DNA of 62,772 bases, counting the filler, from Candidatus Fermentibacterota bacterium (GTDB lineage: Bacteria > JAFGKV01): the NCBI GenBank assembly GCA_016928395.1. It is 6 parts of 5 records of this genome, joined end to end, with 100 filler letters (N's around TTAATTAATTAA, not from the genome) between each part and the next. Parts side by side here need not be neighbours in the genome. Positions count along the whole stretch, not along the records: positions 1 to 22,646 come from JAFGKV010000037.1; 5 more parts are not named here. One strand, given 5' to 3'. Position 1 is the stretch's first letter, and each line of letters opens with the position of its first letter. Below the pieces are notes generated by a model. The model searched no databases. It saw nothing but the letters and a program-made list of their open reading frames with translations, and had not been told where the DNA came from. Below are positions 10,702-20,301 of this stretch, piece by piece. Made by a program: the position numbers and the translations under genes.

Positions 10702-12315
10702 ATGGAGGGGTCCGTGAATCCACGGAGCCGATGGCCGCGCAAACCAGTCGTCTATGAGATCAATACGCGGATTTGGCTGGCGGATCTTCAGGATCGATTG
10801 GGTCGCGAAGTAACCCTTGCAGATGTCCCGGACCAGGCAATCACGCGATGGAAGAACATGGGAATCCACGCGGTGTGGCTCATGGGCGTCTGGAAGACCA
10901 GCCCGTACAGCGCCGAGCTCTGCCGAGCAAGCCAGGGATTGAGACACGAGGCCACGGAGATTCTTGGAGAGTTCCGCGACCGAGATATCGATGCCTCACC
11001 GTATGCGGTGGCAGGGTACGAGATCGACCCGGTCCTGGGAGGCCAGGAGGCCATGGGCGCCCTGCACGGTAGGATGAAGGAGCTGGGGGTTCTCCTGGTG
11101 CTCGATTTCGTGCCGAATCACCTGGCGGTAGACCATCCGTGGACTGCGGCCAAGCCTGAGCTGTTCGTGGCGGGGACCCAGGAGATCTTGGCCCACGACC
11201 CGGTAGCATTTTTCTCCGTGCCCGATGGCTCCGCCATCCTCGCCCATGGGCGGGATCCTCACTTTCCACCATGGTCAGACACCGCCCAACTGGACTACTT
11301 CAAGGAACAGACACATGAGGCCATGACCGATGAACTCCTGCGGGTCGCCGCGCACTGCGATGGAGTCCGCTGCGACATGGCCATGCTGCTCCTGCCGGAT
11401 GTATTCAAATCGGTCTGGGGATGGACAACGCCCGAGCGCACGCCACCGTGCTTCTGGGACAAGGCCATTGCGACGGTTCGCAAGAGAAACCCGGGCTTCC
11501 TGTTCATGGCGGAGGTCTACTGGGGGCTGGAGGGAGTCTTGCAGGGGAAGGGCTTCGATTACACGTATGATAAAACTCTGTATGACCATCTCGTGTCGAG
11601 ACGAACCAATGAAATCCACGCCCACCTCTCCACTCGCATCGGGTTCCACGAGCATGCCATGCGCTTCATTGAGAATCACGACGAACCTCGGGCGGCAGCG
11701 GTATTCGGCAAGGCGCAATCGAAGATGGCGGCTGCTATGATTTTGACATTGCCCGGCGCCACGCTTCTCCACCAGGGCCAGGAATACGGATGGCAGAAGC
11801 GGCTTCCGGTGCAGCTCCGCCGCCGGCCTATCGAACCTACCGACCATGATCTCGAGGCAGTGTACACAACCCTGATCCGAATTGCCGGCGATCAGGTGAT
11901 CCAGGATGGGAAGTGGGAGATGCTGGTGGTTGAAGCTGACCGCAGGCAGGATGTTCTCGCCTACCAATGGGTTTCACCGTATCACGAAGGCAGCCTGCTA
12001 GTAGTACTCAATCTCACCTCGGCATGGCAGACCGGATGTGCCCGGGCGACGTGTCTGGGCTCGCACATGACCCGGGTGAATGCCCATGACATCATGACAG
12101 GTAAGGATGAGATCCGCCCCGCGTTGGTGGCCACCCGCGTGGAGGTGCCATTTCGTCTTCCCCCGTGGGGCTTCAAGATTGTTCGGCTTGGCGTCCCCGG
12201 TCATCAGGCAGACGACACAGAGGGAAGGCGGGTAGTCACCGGCAATCCGAGGAATCGCAGGAAGCGAGGACCGGGAAAGACGCAGCCCCATCAAGACAAG
12301 GGCCACCAGATCTGA
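10702..12315 (+). CDS. Alpha-amylase family glycoside hydrolase (GH13)
   Basis: VYEINT, SPYAV, LDFVPNH, DGVRCDMA (nucleophile), FMAEVYW (acid/base), FIENHDE. Start may be GTG 10714. Confidence 0.9.
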   Translation: MEGSVNPRSRWPRKPVVYEINTRIWLADLQDRLGREVTLADVPDQAITRWKNMGIHAVWLMGVWKTSPYSAELCRASQGLRHEATEILGEFRDRDIDASPYAVAGYEIDPVLGGQEAMGALHGRMKELGVLLVLDFVPNHLAVDHPWTAAKPELFVAGTQEILAHDPVAFFSVPDGSAILAHGRDPHFPPWSDTAQLDYFKEQTHEAMTDELLRVAAHCDGVRCDMAMLLLPDVFKSVWGWTTPERTPPCFWDKAIATVRKRNPGFLFMAEVYWGLEGVLQGKGFDYTYDKTLYDHLVSRRTNEIHAHLSTRIGFHEHAMRFIENHDEPRAAAVFGKAQSKMAAAMILTLPGATLLHQGQEYGWQKRLPVQLRRRPIEPTDHDLEAVYTTLIRIAGDQVIQDGKWEMLVVEADRRQDVLAYQWVSPYHEGSLLVVLNLTSAWQTGCARATCLGSHMTRVNAHDIMTGKDEIRPALVATRVEVPFRLPPWGFKIVRLGVPGHQADDTEGRRVVTGNPRNRRKRGPGKTQPHQDKGHQI

Positions 12316-12334
12316 AGCAGCCGAAGGAGAGGAG

Positions 12335-12690
12335 AGGATGGGTGGATGGATAGGTGGATGAAAGACGGGAAGCGAATCAGGAGTGGGGACTCGGCAGTCG
12401 GGCCCAGGGAGAAAGCCCAAGTACGGCGCTAAACGCGTGAGAGAATTGTCAGTCCTGCGATCCCGTGGCACTCGCTAGTGCAACCGGCTTCGCACTCGAA
12501 TGCCAGCTTCCTCGATTCCGATACCGATCGCGATACCGATCCCGAGCCAACCGGCAGCGGAGTGAGGAGATAGGAGTGAGGAGAGGCGGCATTGGGCGGT
12601 ATTCAGAATCCAGAAGTCAGAACCCAGAAGGCCCATCCATCCGTCCACTCATCCATCCGTCCATCGTTCCATCATTCCATCATTCCAACG
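12335..12690. repeat. Intergenic cluster of short tandem repeats between convergent genes
   Basis: GGATGGGTGGATGG run, CGATTC/CGATAC hexamer run (about 12512-12547), CAGAATC/CAGAAGT heptamers, CCATCCAT/TCCATCAT octamers. Confidence 0.7.
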
Positions 12691-12758
12691 CTGAACCCTT
12701 GTCGCACCACAAGGCGCCTTTGCGCCCATCCCCTCCCACGCAGCAAAATCAGCGAGGC

Positions 12759-15700
12759 CTACTTCGCCCCCTTCATCGGCAGCTCGCGGGCAGCATCGGT
12801 GCTGGCGCCGATCTTCACGGCGAAGCTGTCTCCCCCCGCGATATCCTCATCGGTAATGATATGCACGTCCAACAGGCCATCGCTGCGACACCCGGTCCGC
12901 CCTTGGTTGATTTCGCCCAGGCACAGGCTCCATCCTTCGAGCCAGAGGGTGAGGTCCTGGCGCTGGGCAGGCGTCCCGGAAAAATGGATGAGAAGGTCAA
13001 TATCGCTGGCGGGGCCCGCCGTGGCGTTCTTCGTGCTGCCCAGAATGTACATGGCCCGAATGCCGAAGCGTTGGGGGTCGGTGTGAGCTGCGATTCGCTC
13101 CGCCATGCGCAACCGCCACCGCCAGTTCTCGGCGCCGTCTTGCTGGCACGACACATCAGCCCTTTCGCTGCTTTTCACCTCCCGCATCTCCACAGACGGC
13201 TCCGCGAGACACCCAATGGCCTCTTCCTGATCGGCATTCATGAGAACACGGAGAACCTTGCCTTCGGTGCAGCGGGGTACATCAATGACCCGCAGCGTGT
13301 CGGCCAGATGAGCAAACTCCGGAAGGAGTTCGGCGAGGATGTTCGGCGACCCCAGGAGGAAGGCTTCGTTGAACTTGGTACCATCCGTATCTGGATACAG
13401 CGGAAGATATCGGATAGAGGCCTCCACCAGATCCTGGAAAAAGTGGGTACCGAATGACACGTCGGGCACATAGTTGCCCTTTTTCCGTGCTACTTCGATG
13501 AGCATCGCGGTGTTGTTGATCTCAGAGTATGTAACCCTGACCCCCAGTTTGATGTCGCCCCGGCTGCCCCAGCGCCCGGGCCCGATCAAGACGAACTTCC
13601 TTCGTGGCAGGATCTTGTTCAGTCGGCCCACAGCCTCTCCCACCGCGCAGAGGTCAGCCAGCTCCGCCAGTTCCCCATACTTGTCGGGATCGACATAGAC
13701 GACGTGCGTAAGATCGGGCACGCGCCCGTTGGAGACGAACCGGTTGGCGGTGAACAGGATAGCTTCGTCGGGAAGACCTCTCGGTATTTCCGCCGCCACG
13801 TCCTCGCCGGATGAAGCCTGCGGTCTGCACTGGAGAAGATAGAGATCCGTGCCGTCGTGGGCGAACTCCACATCCACCGGCGCCTGCAGAGCCTGATCAA
13901 GGGTCCGCAGAATGGCCGCCATCTGCTTCACGAACGGCGTGCCCAAGACCAGCGTGTCGAATGTCGCCACGACATCGTCACGCTGGAAGTCGGTCATGAG
14001 GCCTACCCCGCGTGTGAGCATACCCCCGGAATGAACTGAGAAGACGGAACTCAGGGCGGGATACTCATGACCGCATTCCTCCAGAAGCTGTTTGATCTCG
14101 AGACTCTCGAAGCAGTTCTTCTCGAGGTTGATGACATCGACCTTCTTGGGGGCGTAGCGGATCACCTCATCGACAGAGACATTGACCCTCAGGTTCGGTT
14201 TGCTGGGGGCCACGAGCACGGGGTAGTCATCCCCGACCCGATCCACTGCGCGGGTTCCCAGCCCCGGCACGAGCCTCAGGAGGCCGTCTTCCCGCTTGAT
14301 CCGGGAGGACCAACGGAACTCGTTCCGGCTGAACGCAACCCCTGCGAAGGCCGGGAGAAAATACTTGCCGACCCGTTTCCCCACGACTTCCTGGATCATG
14401 ACCCCCATCTCTTCATTGAAATCCAGGAGACCACGTTCAGCCCGATACTCGATGGGATCCGGGCCAAAGGTCGATGAGTAGACCTCGGCAACCGCATCCA
14501 GCAGGGCCGCGAGACGCTCCTCCTTGGGCCCCTGGTTCGCGATGAAGAGGCTCTTGTACTTCCCGGAGAACGCCGTGCCGAGCCGATCTTCGAGCAGACT
14601 CGAACTGCGGACGATGACAGGCACCTCACCCAAATCGTCCAATGCCTGAGAGAGGCCCTTCACAAGCTCCTGGGGAAAGTAGCAGTGCTTGAATACCTGG
14701 ATGAGTTGAGGATACTCTCTCCGGACTTCGTCGACCTCTTTGTACTTCTGTTCGTATACATCGCCCAGGTTGTTGTGCCCGATGAAGGCCAGAATCCCAT
14801 CGGATGCCACAAACCACGTCCGCGGGGTCTTTACCGTGCCTATCCCCTGGTTCTTGGGCGCCATCCTCTTCAAGATACGGCTGGCCAGAAACAAACCAGC
14901 CGTCTTGCCGCCAAGCCGGCCGTAGCTTCCTGCCGGGAAGATGATGCGCTCGCTCAGCTCGAAGAAGTCTTCGATCTCGATGAAACGCTTCGCGATGTTT
15001 ATGTACTCGAGCTGCTCGGTAAAAAACCTCCGAATAAGCGCGACCTTGACGCCCTTCTCCGCTGCGGTGGGCAGTGTTGCGCCGACCGGCATCATCCTCC
15101 GGAACTTCTGCATCGCATCAAGAATATCGGTCAGCGGGGCATATACGTTCTGCAGCGTACGTACCAGCCCCGCCGACCTGTCTTCCTGAATCCACTGCTC
15201 AATACTGGAGAGAATCTCGTGGTCGGTGAGGTAGCGCGTCGATACTCTGAATGTCTCCTCACTGATACTGCCGACGGTATCCGAATCTGGGAGAACCTGG
15301 GGTTGGTTGGTCTCCCCGAACAGGCTCTCTCCTTCATGCACGCCGTAGCGCTGCAGCAACGAACGAGCCTCGGCCGCGCCGATCCAGGCGAGATAGTTGA
15401 TCATCTTCCTGGAGATCCGCGTCAGAAGGTCAGGATCTGTTTTGCGGAGGAGTTCGAGGGCCATGAACCACTCGGGCCGCGCGGTGTCGATGAGTTGCTC
15501 CCGCTCCTGGCGAACCGTCTCGAACATGGCGCGAAGCCGATGATGCAGGATGTAGTGGCCGAGACGGTCGGCGATGGTGCGGAGGAGTTTGACCTCCTCC
15601 CGGAGGAACTGCCCCTCGTCACCCTGTGGACGCTCTTCTCGGTAGTATACGCAAATCTTGCCTACCGGAGCGTCCTGCACCCTGATGTCAGCGCAGAAGC

Positions 15701-15944
15701 CCCATGGTGTCGGCTCGTAGTCGTCGGTGCGAAAGACATGCGGCCCGTACGAGATCTCGGTTACGCAGATGTCCGAGTGCTGCAGAGCCGGCGGAATCGC
15801 CTGGGCCACGCCGGCGAAGGCCTCCTCGGGCGACGTGGTGGGGCAGTTGAGAAGTTCCTCGACCCGGTAGAGGCACCGCAATTCCTTTGCCCGCTCGTGC
15901 AGCGTGGAGAAAAGTGAGCCCGCAGCTCTGGTGGTCTTATCCAT
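12759..15944 (-). CDS. PEP-synthase/PPDK N-terminal (ATP-grasp) domain protein with N-terminal GAF-like module and C-terminal nucleotidyltransferase domain
   Basis: LHERAKELRCLY...FLREEVKLL N-module; LGGKTAGL, VRSSSLLED...FSGKYKS, GLGTRAVD, VDVEFA, LQCRP; GPGRWGS and SFGTHFF; C-terminal LGSTKNATAGPASDIDL (GS...DxD NTase motif). Confidence 0.85.
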   Translation of the reverse strand: MDKTTRAAGSLFSTLHERAKELRCLYRVEELLNCPTTSPEEAFAGVAQAIPPALQHSDICVTEISYGPHVFRTDDYEPTPWGFCADIRVQDAPVGKICVYYREERPQGDEGQFLREEVKLLRTIADRLGHYILHHRLRAMFETVRQEREQLIDTARPEWFMALELLRKTDPDLLTRISRKMINYLAWIGAAEARSLLQRYGVHEGESLFGETNQPQVLPDSDTVGSISEETFRVSTRYLTDHEILSSIEQWIQEDRSAGLVRTLQNVYAPLTDILDAMQKFRRMMPVGATLPTAAEKGVKVALIRRFFTEQLEYINIAKRFIEIEDFFELSERIIFPAGSYGRLGGKTAGLFLASRILKRMAPKNQGIGTVKTPRTWFVASDGILAFIGHNNLGDVYEQKYKEVDEVRREYPQLIQVFKHCYFPQELVKGLSQALDDLGEVPVIVRSSSLLEDRLGTAFSGKYKSLFIANQGPKEERLAALLDAVAEVYSSTFGPDPIEYRAERGLLDFNEEMGVMIQEVVGKRVGKYFLPAFAGVAFSRNEFRWSSRIKREDGLLRLVPGLGTRAVDRVGDDYPVLVAPSKPNLRVNVSVDEVIRYAPKKVDVINLEKNCFESLEIKQLLEECGHEYPALSSVFSVHSGGMLTRGVGLMTDFQRDDVVATFDTLVLGTPFVKQMAAILRTLDQALQAPVDVEFAHDGTDLYLLQCRPQASSGEDVAAEIPRGLPDEAILFTANRFVSNGRVPDLTHVVYVDPDKYGELAELADLCAVGEAVGRLNKILPRRKFVLIGPGRWGSRGDIKLGVRVTYSEINNTAMLIEVARKKGNYVPDVSFGTHFFQDLVEASIRYLPLYPDTDGTKFNEAFLLGSPNILAELLPEFAHLADTLRVIDVPRCTEGKVLRVLMNADQEEAIGCLAEPSVEMREVKSSERADVSCQQDGAENWRWRLRMAERIAAHTDPQRFGIRAMYILGSTKNATAGPASDIDLLIHFSGTPAQRQDLTLWLEGWSLCLGEINQGRTGCRSDGLLDVHIITDEDIAGGDSFAVKIGASTDAARELPMKGAK

Positions 15945-17670
15945 GGCGTCGTATCACTCCTCTGCCGTTTCGCCCATCCACGCAGACGGAGAGAGGATTC
16001 TCCGCCTGCACATGCCGAATGAATCTCGTTCGCGCCACCTCAGCCTGCGCCTCCAGCCAATTCCAGTCAATCCCATGCTGCTCTGTGTGACGCACTGAGA
16101 AATAGGAAACCTTGAAACTTGTGAGATTGTGGAAGAAATGGGAGCCTTGGCTCAGGTCAGGCTGCATCTGCGGCAATGTCGCCTCTACAATAACGCGGGC
16201 TCCGGAGATCGTGCTCCAGTTCACGGGGATTCCAAGCCAGGGATCCGAGGAACCCCACCGCCCGAATCCTACCAGGAGATAGGGCCTCCCCTCGTCAACG
16301 AGCGGCAGGTTGATACGCTCCAGCTCCTGGGCGATACGCGGAGTGAAGCGCGGTTCGAACATCTCGGGCATCACGTAGACGATGTCACGGATATCGTCCC
16401 TTTGTCCATTGCCCAAGACCGTCTCGGACGCCACGATGACTCTATCGCCCCTGAGTTCCTCCACGGGGAGAAGAATCTCTTCATTGGACACCACCATGGG
16501 CCGAACCTGGAGGAAGCCGAACCGGGCGGGAATGCCGCGTTTCCGATCCAGCGTGACCGCGAACTCAACCTCCACGGGCGCCTTTACCGATTCCTCGCTG
16601 GCCTTGAGCACCGCGCGGATAAGATCATTGAACGGCACTTCCTCGTATTCCAAGATCGGAGCAAAATTCACCACCCTCGGCCCCTCGGGGCCTACCCCCG
16701 GCATCAGTCGGTCGGAGCGTGGATCATACGTGGACGCGACGAACCGCAAGGTATTGTCGTAGTCTGCCGCATCAAGACCGAGTTGCACCAAATACTCGGT
16801 CTCCCGAATGGGGTCATGGGGCGGAGACGCTCCCATGTTGACGGCCCAGAAGGCCGTCTGCGAACTCTTGAGCAGTTGACCAATACTCCCGTAGGGCGGC
16901 GGCGCCTTGGGATATGCGGGGGAATAGGTCCACACCAGCCCGCCGTCGACGATGGTCTTTCCCAGCCCGAGGGCAAGATCCACCACGCCATCCTCAGGCT
17001 TGGCATATCCGCTTGGGTAGAAGTTGTAGGATCGGGCGACCCCCGCGAAGGTAGGGTAGAAGCGATCCGTCACGGGAGAACCCACTACTTCCTGGATGAT
17101 GACCGCCATCTTCTCCGCTGAAGGATCCTTGCCGACTGTCCTAAGGTATGCCTTCGCCTCGCGGAAGAAGGTCGATGCCCACACGAACTTCACCGCTTCC
17201 ACCAGCCGGCGGAACCGGGCATCGGGATCAGGCTGATTGTTGGGGATCATCTTGGTGGCATAGACGCCGGCGAACGGTTCATACATGGCGTCTTCCAGCA
17301 TGCTCGATGAGCGCACGGCCAGGGGAACGCGCACGTCGTTCGTCACGGCGCGCAGGTCTCCCACCAGTCTCGCGGGAAGATCGCCCCGCTGGAACGCGTG
17401 GCCTATGCGCTCGTCGGGCAGATCTGAGTATGCCGTGTCGAGAAGATCGTTCTGCGCCAGGAAGGCATCGAAGAAATCGGTGCCGATAACCGTCATGCGG
17501 GGGATGGTAATGGTGAACCCGGGTGTCCGATCGGGCGGGAACTGCTGCCGGATGGTTTGTTCGACGGTCAAAAGTCCCTGCGCTTTCCCGCCAAAAGATC
17601 CGGTTCCTATCCGGGATACGGGGCTTTCGCCGTCGAAGAATCTCCTGTCGAAGCTGGAAAGATCAGTCAT
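15937..17670 (-). CDS. PEP-synthase/PPDK N-terminal (ATP-grasp) domain protein
   Basis: FGGKAQGL, AVRSSSMLED...FAGVYAT, GLGKTIVDG, VEVEFA, LQVRP, GFGRWGS, SQGSHFF; no pyruvate-binding TIM barrel. Confidence 0.85.
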   Translation of the reverse strand: MTDLSSFDRRFFDGESPVSRIGTGSFGGKAQGLLTVEQTIRQQFPPDRTPGFTITIPRMTVIGTDFFDAFLAQNDLLDTAYSDLPDERIGHAFQRGDLPARLVGDLRAVTNDVRVPLAVRSSSMLEDAMYEPFAGVYATKMIPNNQPDPDARFRRLVEAVKFVWASTFFREAKAYLRTVGKDPSAEKMAVIIQEVVGSPVTDRFYPTFAGVARSYNFYPSGYAKPEDGVVDLALGLGKTIVDGGLVWTYSPAYPKAPPPYGSIGQLLKSSQTAFWAVNMGASPPHDPIRETEYLVQLGLDAADYDNTLRFVASTYDPRSDRLMPGVGPEGPRVVNFAPILEYEEVPFNDLIRAVLKASEESVKAPVEVEFAVTLDRKRGIPARFGFLQVRPMVVSNEEILLPVEELRGDRVIVASETVLGNGQRDDIRDIVYVMPEMFEPRFTPRIAQELERINLPLVDEGRPYLLVGFGRWGSSDPWLGIPVNWSTISGARVIVEATLPQMQPDLSQGSHFFHNLTSFKVSYFSVRHTEQHGIDWNWLEAQAEVARTRFIRHVQAENPLSVCVDGRNGRGVIRRHG

Positions 17671-17752
17671 CGTGCACTCCGCCGGCGAGGAGTATCTTCA
17701 ACCGCACACCCTCCCCGAAAATGCCGGAGAGGGTGTGCATATCAACGGGTGA

Positions 17753-19039
17753 TCAGACCCAGCCGCGAGCCCTGCACGCATCGACGACCCGGCTGACCGA
17801 GATCACGTACGCGGCATCCCGCATGAAGAGCTTGCGCTTGCGCGCCAGATCACTGACGGCGATGAACGCGGAGGTCATCTTCTGATCGAGTTTACCCAGG
17901 ACCTCGTCCTTGGTCCAGAAGTAGTTCATGTTGCACTGGACCTGCTCGAAGTAGCTGCACGTCACCCCGCCGGCATTGGCCAGGAAGTCAGGGATGACGA
18001 ACACGCCGCGATCCTTGATGATGACATCGGCGTCGGGCGTGGTGGGACCATTGGCGCCTTCGGCGATGACCTTGACGCGCGGGCTCATCTTCTGCGCGGT
18101 CTCCGCATTGATCTGGTTCTCCAAGGCCGCGGGGATGAGAATGTCGGCATCCTGTGCAAGCCATGCATCGCCTGGCAGGCGCTCATAGCCCAGGTCCTGA
18201 GCCTTGCCCTTGTCAATGCCGCCGTACCGGTCGGTGATGGCCAGCAGTTCTTCGAGGCTGATCCCGCTCTTCTTACGGTAGGTATAGGATGTCTGCTCAG
18301 CCTGATCCCAGCAGGACACGCAGATCACCGTGCCGCCCAACTGAGTGTAGAGCTGGATTGCATACTGGGCAACATTGCCGAAGCCCTGCACGGCTGCCAC
18401 CGTGTCATCGGGCCTGATCCCAAGCTCCTTGAGCGCCTCGCGAATGGTATAGACAACGCCATACCCGGTCGCCTCCGTCCGCCCCAGCGATCCGCCGAGA
18501 CCCACCGGCTTGCCGGTGATGAAGCCGGGATACTTGGCACCGTGAATGGTCTCAAACTCGTCCAACATCCACAGCATGTGCTGCGGGCTGGTCATAACAT
18601 CCGGCGCCGGCACATCACTGAGAGGACCGACGTTTCGAGCCACCTGGCGTATCCAGCCGCGACACAGACGCTCCTGCTCCCGTTCGGATAGATCGTGGGG
18701 GTCACAGATCACGCCGCCTTTCCCTCCGCCGAGGGGGATATCGACCACGGCGCACTTCCACGTCATCCACATGGAGAGCGCCCGCACGGTGTCGATGGTC
18801 TCCTGGGGGTGGAACCTGATGCCACCCTTACACGGCCCCCGAGCATCATTGTGCTGGGACCGGAATCCGCGGAATACCCGGACGGATCCGTCATCCATCC
18901 GAACAGGTATATTGAAGTGATACTCGCGCATCGGCCAGCGAAGCAAGTCACGGGTCGGCTGATCCAGCCCGAGCGTATCGGCAACCCCGTCAAACTGCTT
19001 CTGCGCCATTTCGAATGGATTGAACGAGCCTCTTGCCAT
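17753..19039 (-). CDS. gdhA: Glu/Leu/Phe/Val dehydrogenase (glutamate dehydrogenase)
   Basis: GPCKGGIRFHP, MTWKCA, GGGKGG, DVPAPDV, GRTEATGYG, QGFGNV, EGANGPTT, PDFLANAGGV; GGAGGAG RBS before ATG 19039. Confidence 0.93.
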   Translation of the reverse strand: MARGSFNPFEMAQKQFDGVADTLGLDQPTRDLLRWPMREYHFNIPVRMDDGSVRVFRGFRSQHNDARGPCKGGIRFHPQETIDTVRALSMWMTWKCAVVDIPLGGGKGGVICDPHDLSEREQERLCRGWIRQVARNVGPLSDVPAPDVMTSPQHMLWMLDEFETIHGAKYPGFITGKPVGLGGSLGRTEATGYGVVYTIREALKELGIRPDDTVAAVQGFGNVAQYAIQLYTQLGGTVICVSCWDQAEQTSYTYRKKSGISLEELLAITDRYGGIDKGKAQDLGYERLPGDAWLAQDADILIPAALENQINAETAQKMSPRVKVIAEGANGPTTPDADVIIKDRGVFVIPDFLANAGGVTCSYFEQVQCNMNYFWTKDEVLGKLDQKMTSAFIAVSDLARKRKLFMRDAAYVISVSRVVDACRARGWV

Positions 19040-19129
19040 GTCTCTCCTCCATGTGCACGGCCCCGCCGCGCTCTCTCCCACAGTACTTCAGGACATGTTG
19101 AGTGCTGTGGAATCATCACCGCCGGATCG

Positions 19130-19178
19130 AAAAAAAGAGCCCTGCCGACTGGAGCCCACGGGGGCTGTCGCAGGAGTC
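19130..19178 (-). terminator. Intrinsic terminator-like hairpin upstream of gdhA
   Basis: Minus strand CCTGCGAC-AGCCC-CCGT-GGGCT-CCA-GTCGGCAGG-GCTC-TTTTTTT. Confidence 0.6.
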
Positions 19179-19355
19179 CGACCTGGCATGGTGATAGTGG
19201 GCTAACAAGACTCGACGAAGTTCCTGCTTCGCCCTGCCTTTGTCAAATATCGCGGTGACACGACACGAGGGGGATTGACTTCCTCGCTTCCCCCCCGCTT
19301 CGCTTCGCTCGCAGTTCTCAGTTGTTGTCAGTCAGTGTCAGTCAGAGGTCGGGCC

Positions 19356-19405
19356 TTCTTCACCTCTTCACCTCTTTGCTTCTTTGCTTCTTTGCTTCTT
19401 CACCG
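19356..19405. repeat. Octamer tandem repeat (TCTTCACC / TCTTTGCT)
   Basis: TCTTCACC x2, TCTTTGCT x3, TCTTCACC read directly. Confidence 0.75.
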
Positions 19406-19450
19406 CTCATGCTCTTCGTGGTGAATCACGCCGCTCTATCTCCTCACTCC

Positions 19451-19870
19451 TCACTCCCGCCGTGGCCTTACCTTGATCGTACGGTAGCGCCCCAGGCTTA
19501 CCGTGCCGGGCGGGGCGCCCCGCGGCTTCCTGACCTCACGACAGGTGGTGACGTGCACGGCAACGCTTCCCCCTGCCTTGGCAACAGAATATCCCGCCGC
19601 CAAGGCTGCGGCATAGCGCTCCGTGTCCCGGGGGAGACGATCCGCCCCACCCGGATTCCGCACGACAACGTGCGATCCTGATCCGGAGGCAATATGAAAC
19701 CAAAAATCACCCGGAGCGGCCAGCCTGAGCGTCAGAATGTCGTTGTCGGCCGCGGTGCGGCCAACGAGCACCGTGGAGCCGTCAGGTGCCACAAAACGCC
19801 GGGCAATCGCACGGCCGCGCCACATTCCTGAATCAGCACTCTGTGGATCAGGCCCGTCTGATGCTCTCAT
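19451..19870 (-). CDS. Stand-alone NFACT RNA-binding domain protein (DUF814)
   Basis: VLVGRTAADNDILT, DFWFH, GSGSHVV, AAALAAGYS, VRKPRGAPPGTV; AGGAG RBS before ATG 19870. Confidence 0.85.
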   Translation of the reverse strand: MRASDGPDPQSADSGMWRGRAIARRFVAPDGSTVLVGRTAADNDILTLRLAAPGDFWFHIASGSGSHVVVRNPGGADRLPRDTERYAAALAAGYSVAKAGGSVAVHVTTCREVRKPRGAPPGTVSLGRYRTIKVRPRRE

Positions 19871-20301
19871 ACGTCGTTGCTCCTGCCGGACTGGCCTGAG
19901 GCCTGCCACCTAGTTCTCGCCTGAGACGGGTCGAGCACGATCGATTCGTCGCATCCCCTGCGGCAATTCGAGGTGACCGCTGTGCGTGCTGGATGGCTCC
20001 AAGATACGGCTCACCGCACCCAGCAGAAACAGTTAACCCCCTCGTCCATGCTGCAGTACTTCACCGAAGGGGTGACACCCGACCTTCGAACGAATCGCGC
20101 CTGTCCTGACGTGGCCAGAAGTGAAACAGGGCCGAATGCCCAGGATCTCACGCGGACTGCAGACTGGCTGCGAAGCGAGCGTGCAGACAGCCGACGGCTT
20201 CCCGCACAACGAGACGGGGAACCACCGCCGCATCATCGGGTTCGCTTGACTATACCTCACGACATCTTCCTCGTTTCCCGTATCTCAAGGAGGTCACGCC
20301 T

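Noticed and set aside
14685-18920. Long plus-strand ORFs opposite the dikinase-like and gdhA genes
   Set aside because: Antisense shadows typical of GC-rich coding DNA.
19920-20250. Possible ncRNA or small gene in the 330-bp divergent intergenic region
   Set aside because: No recognisable RNA family motif or credible ORF by eye.
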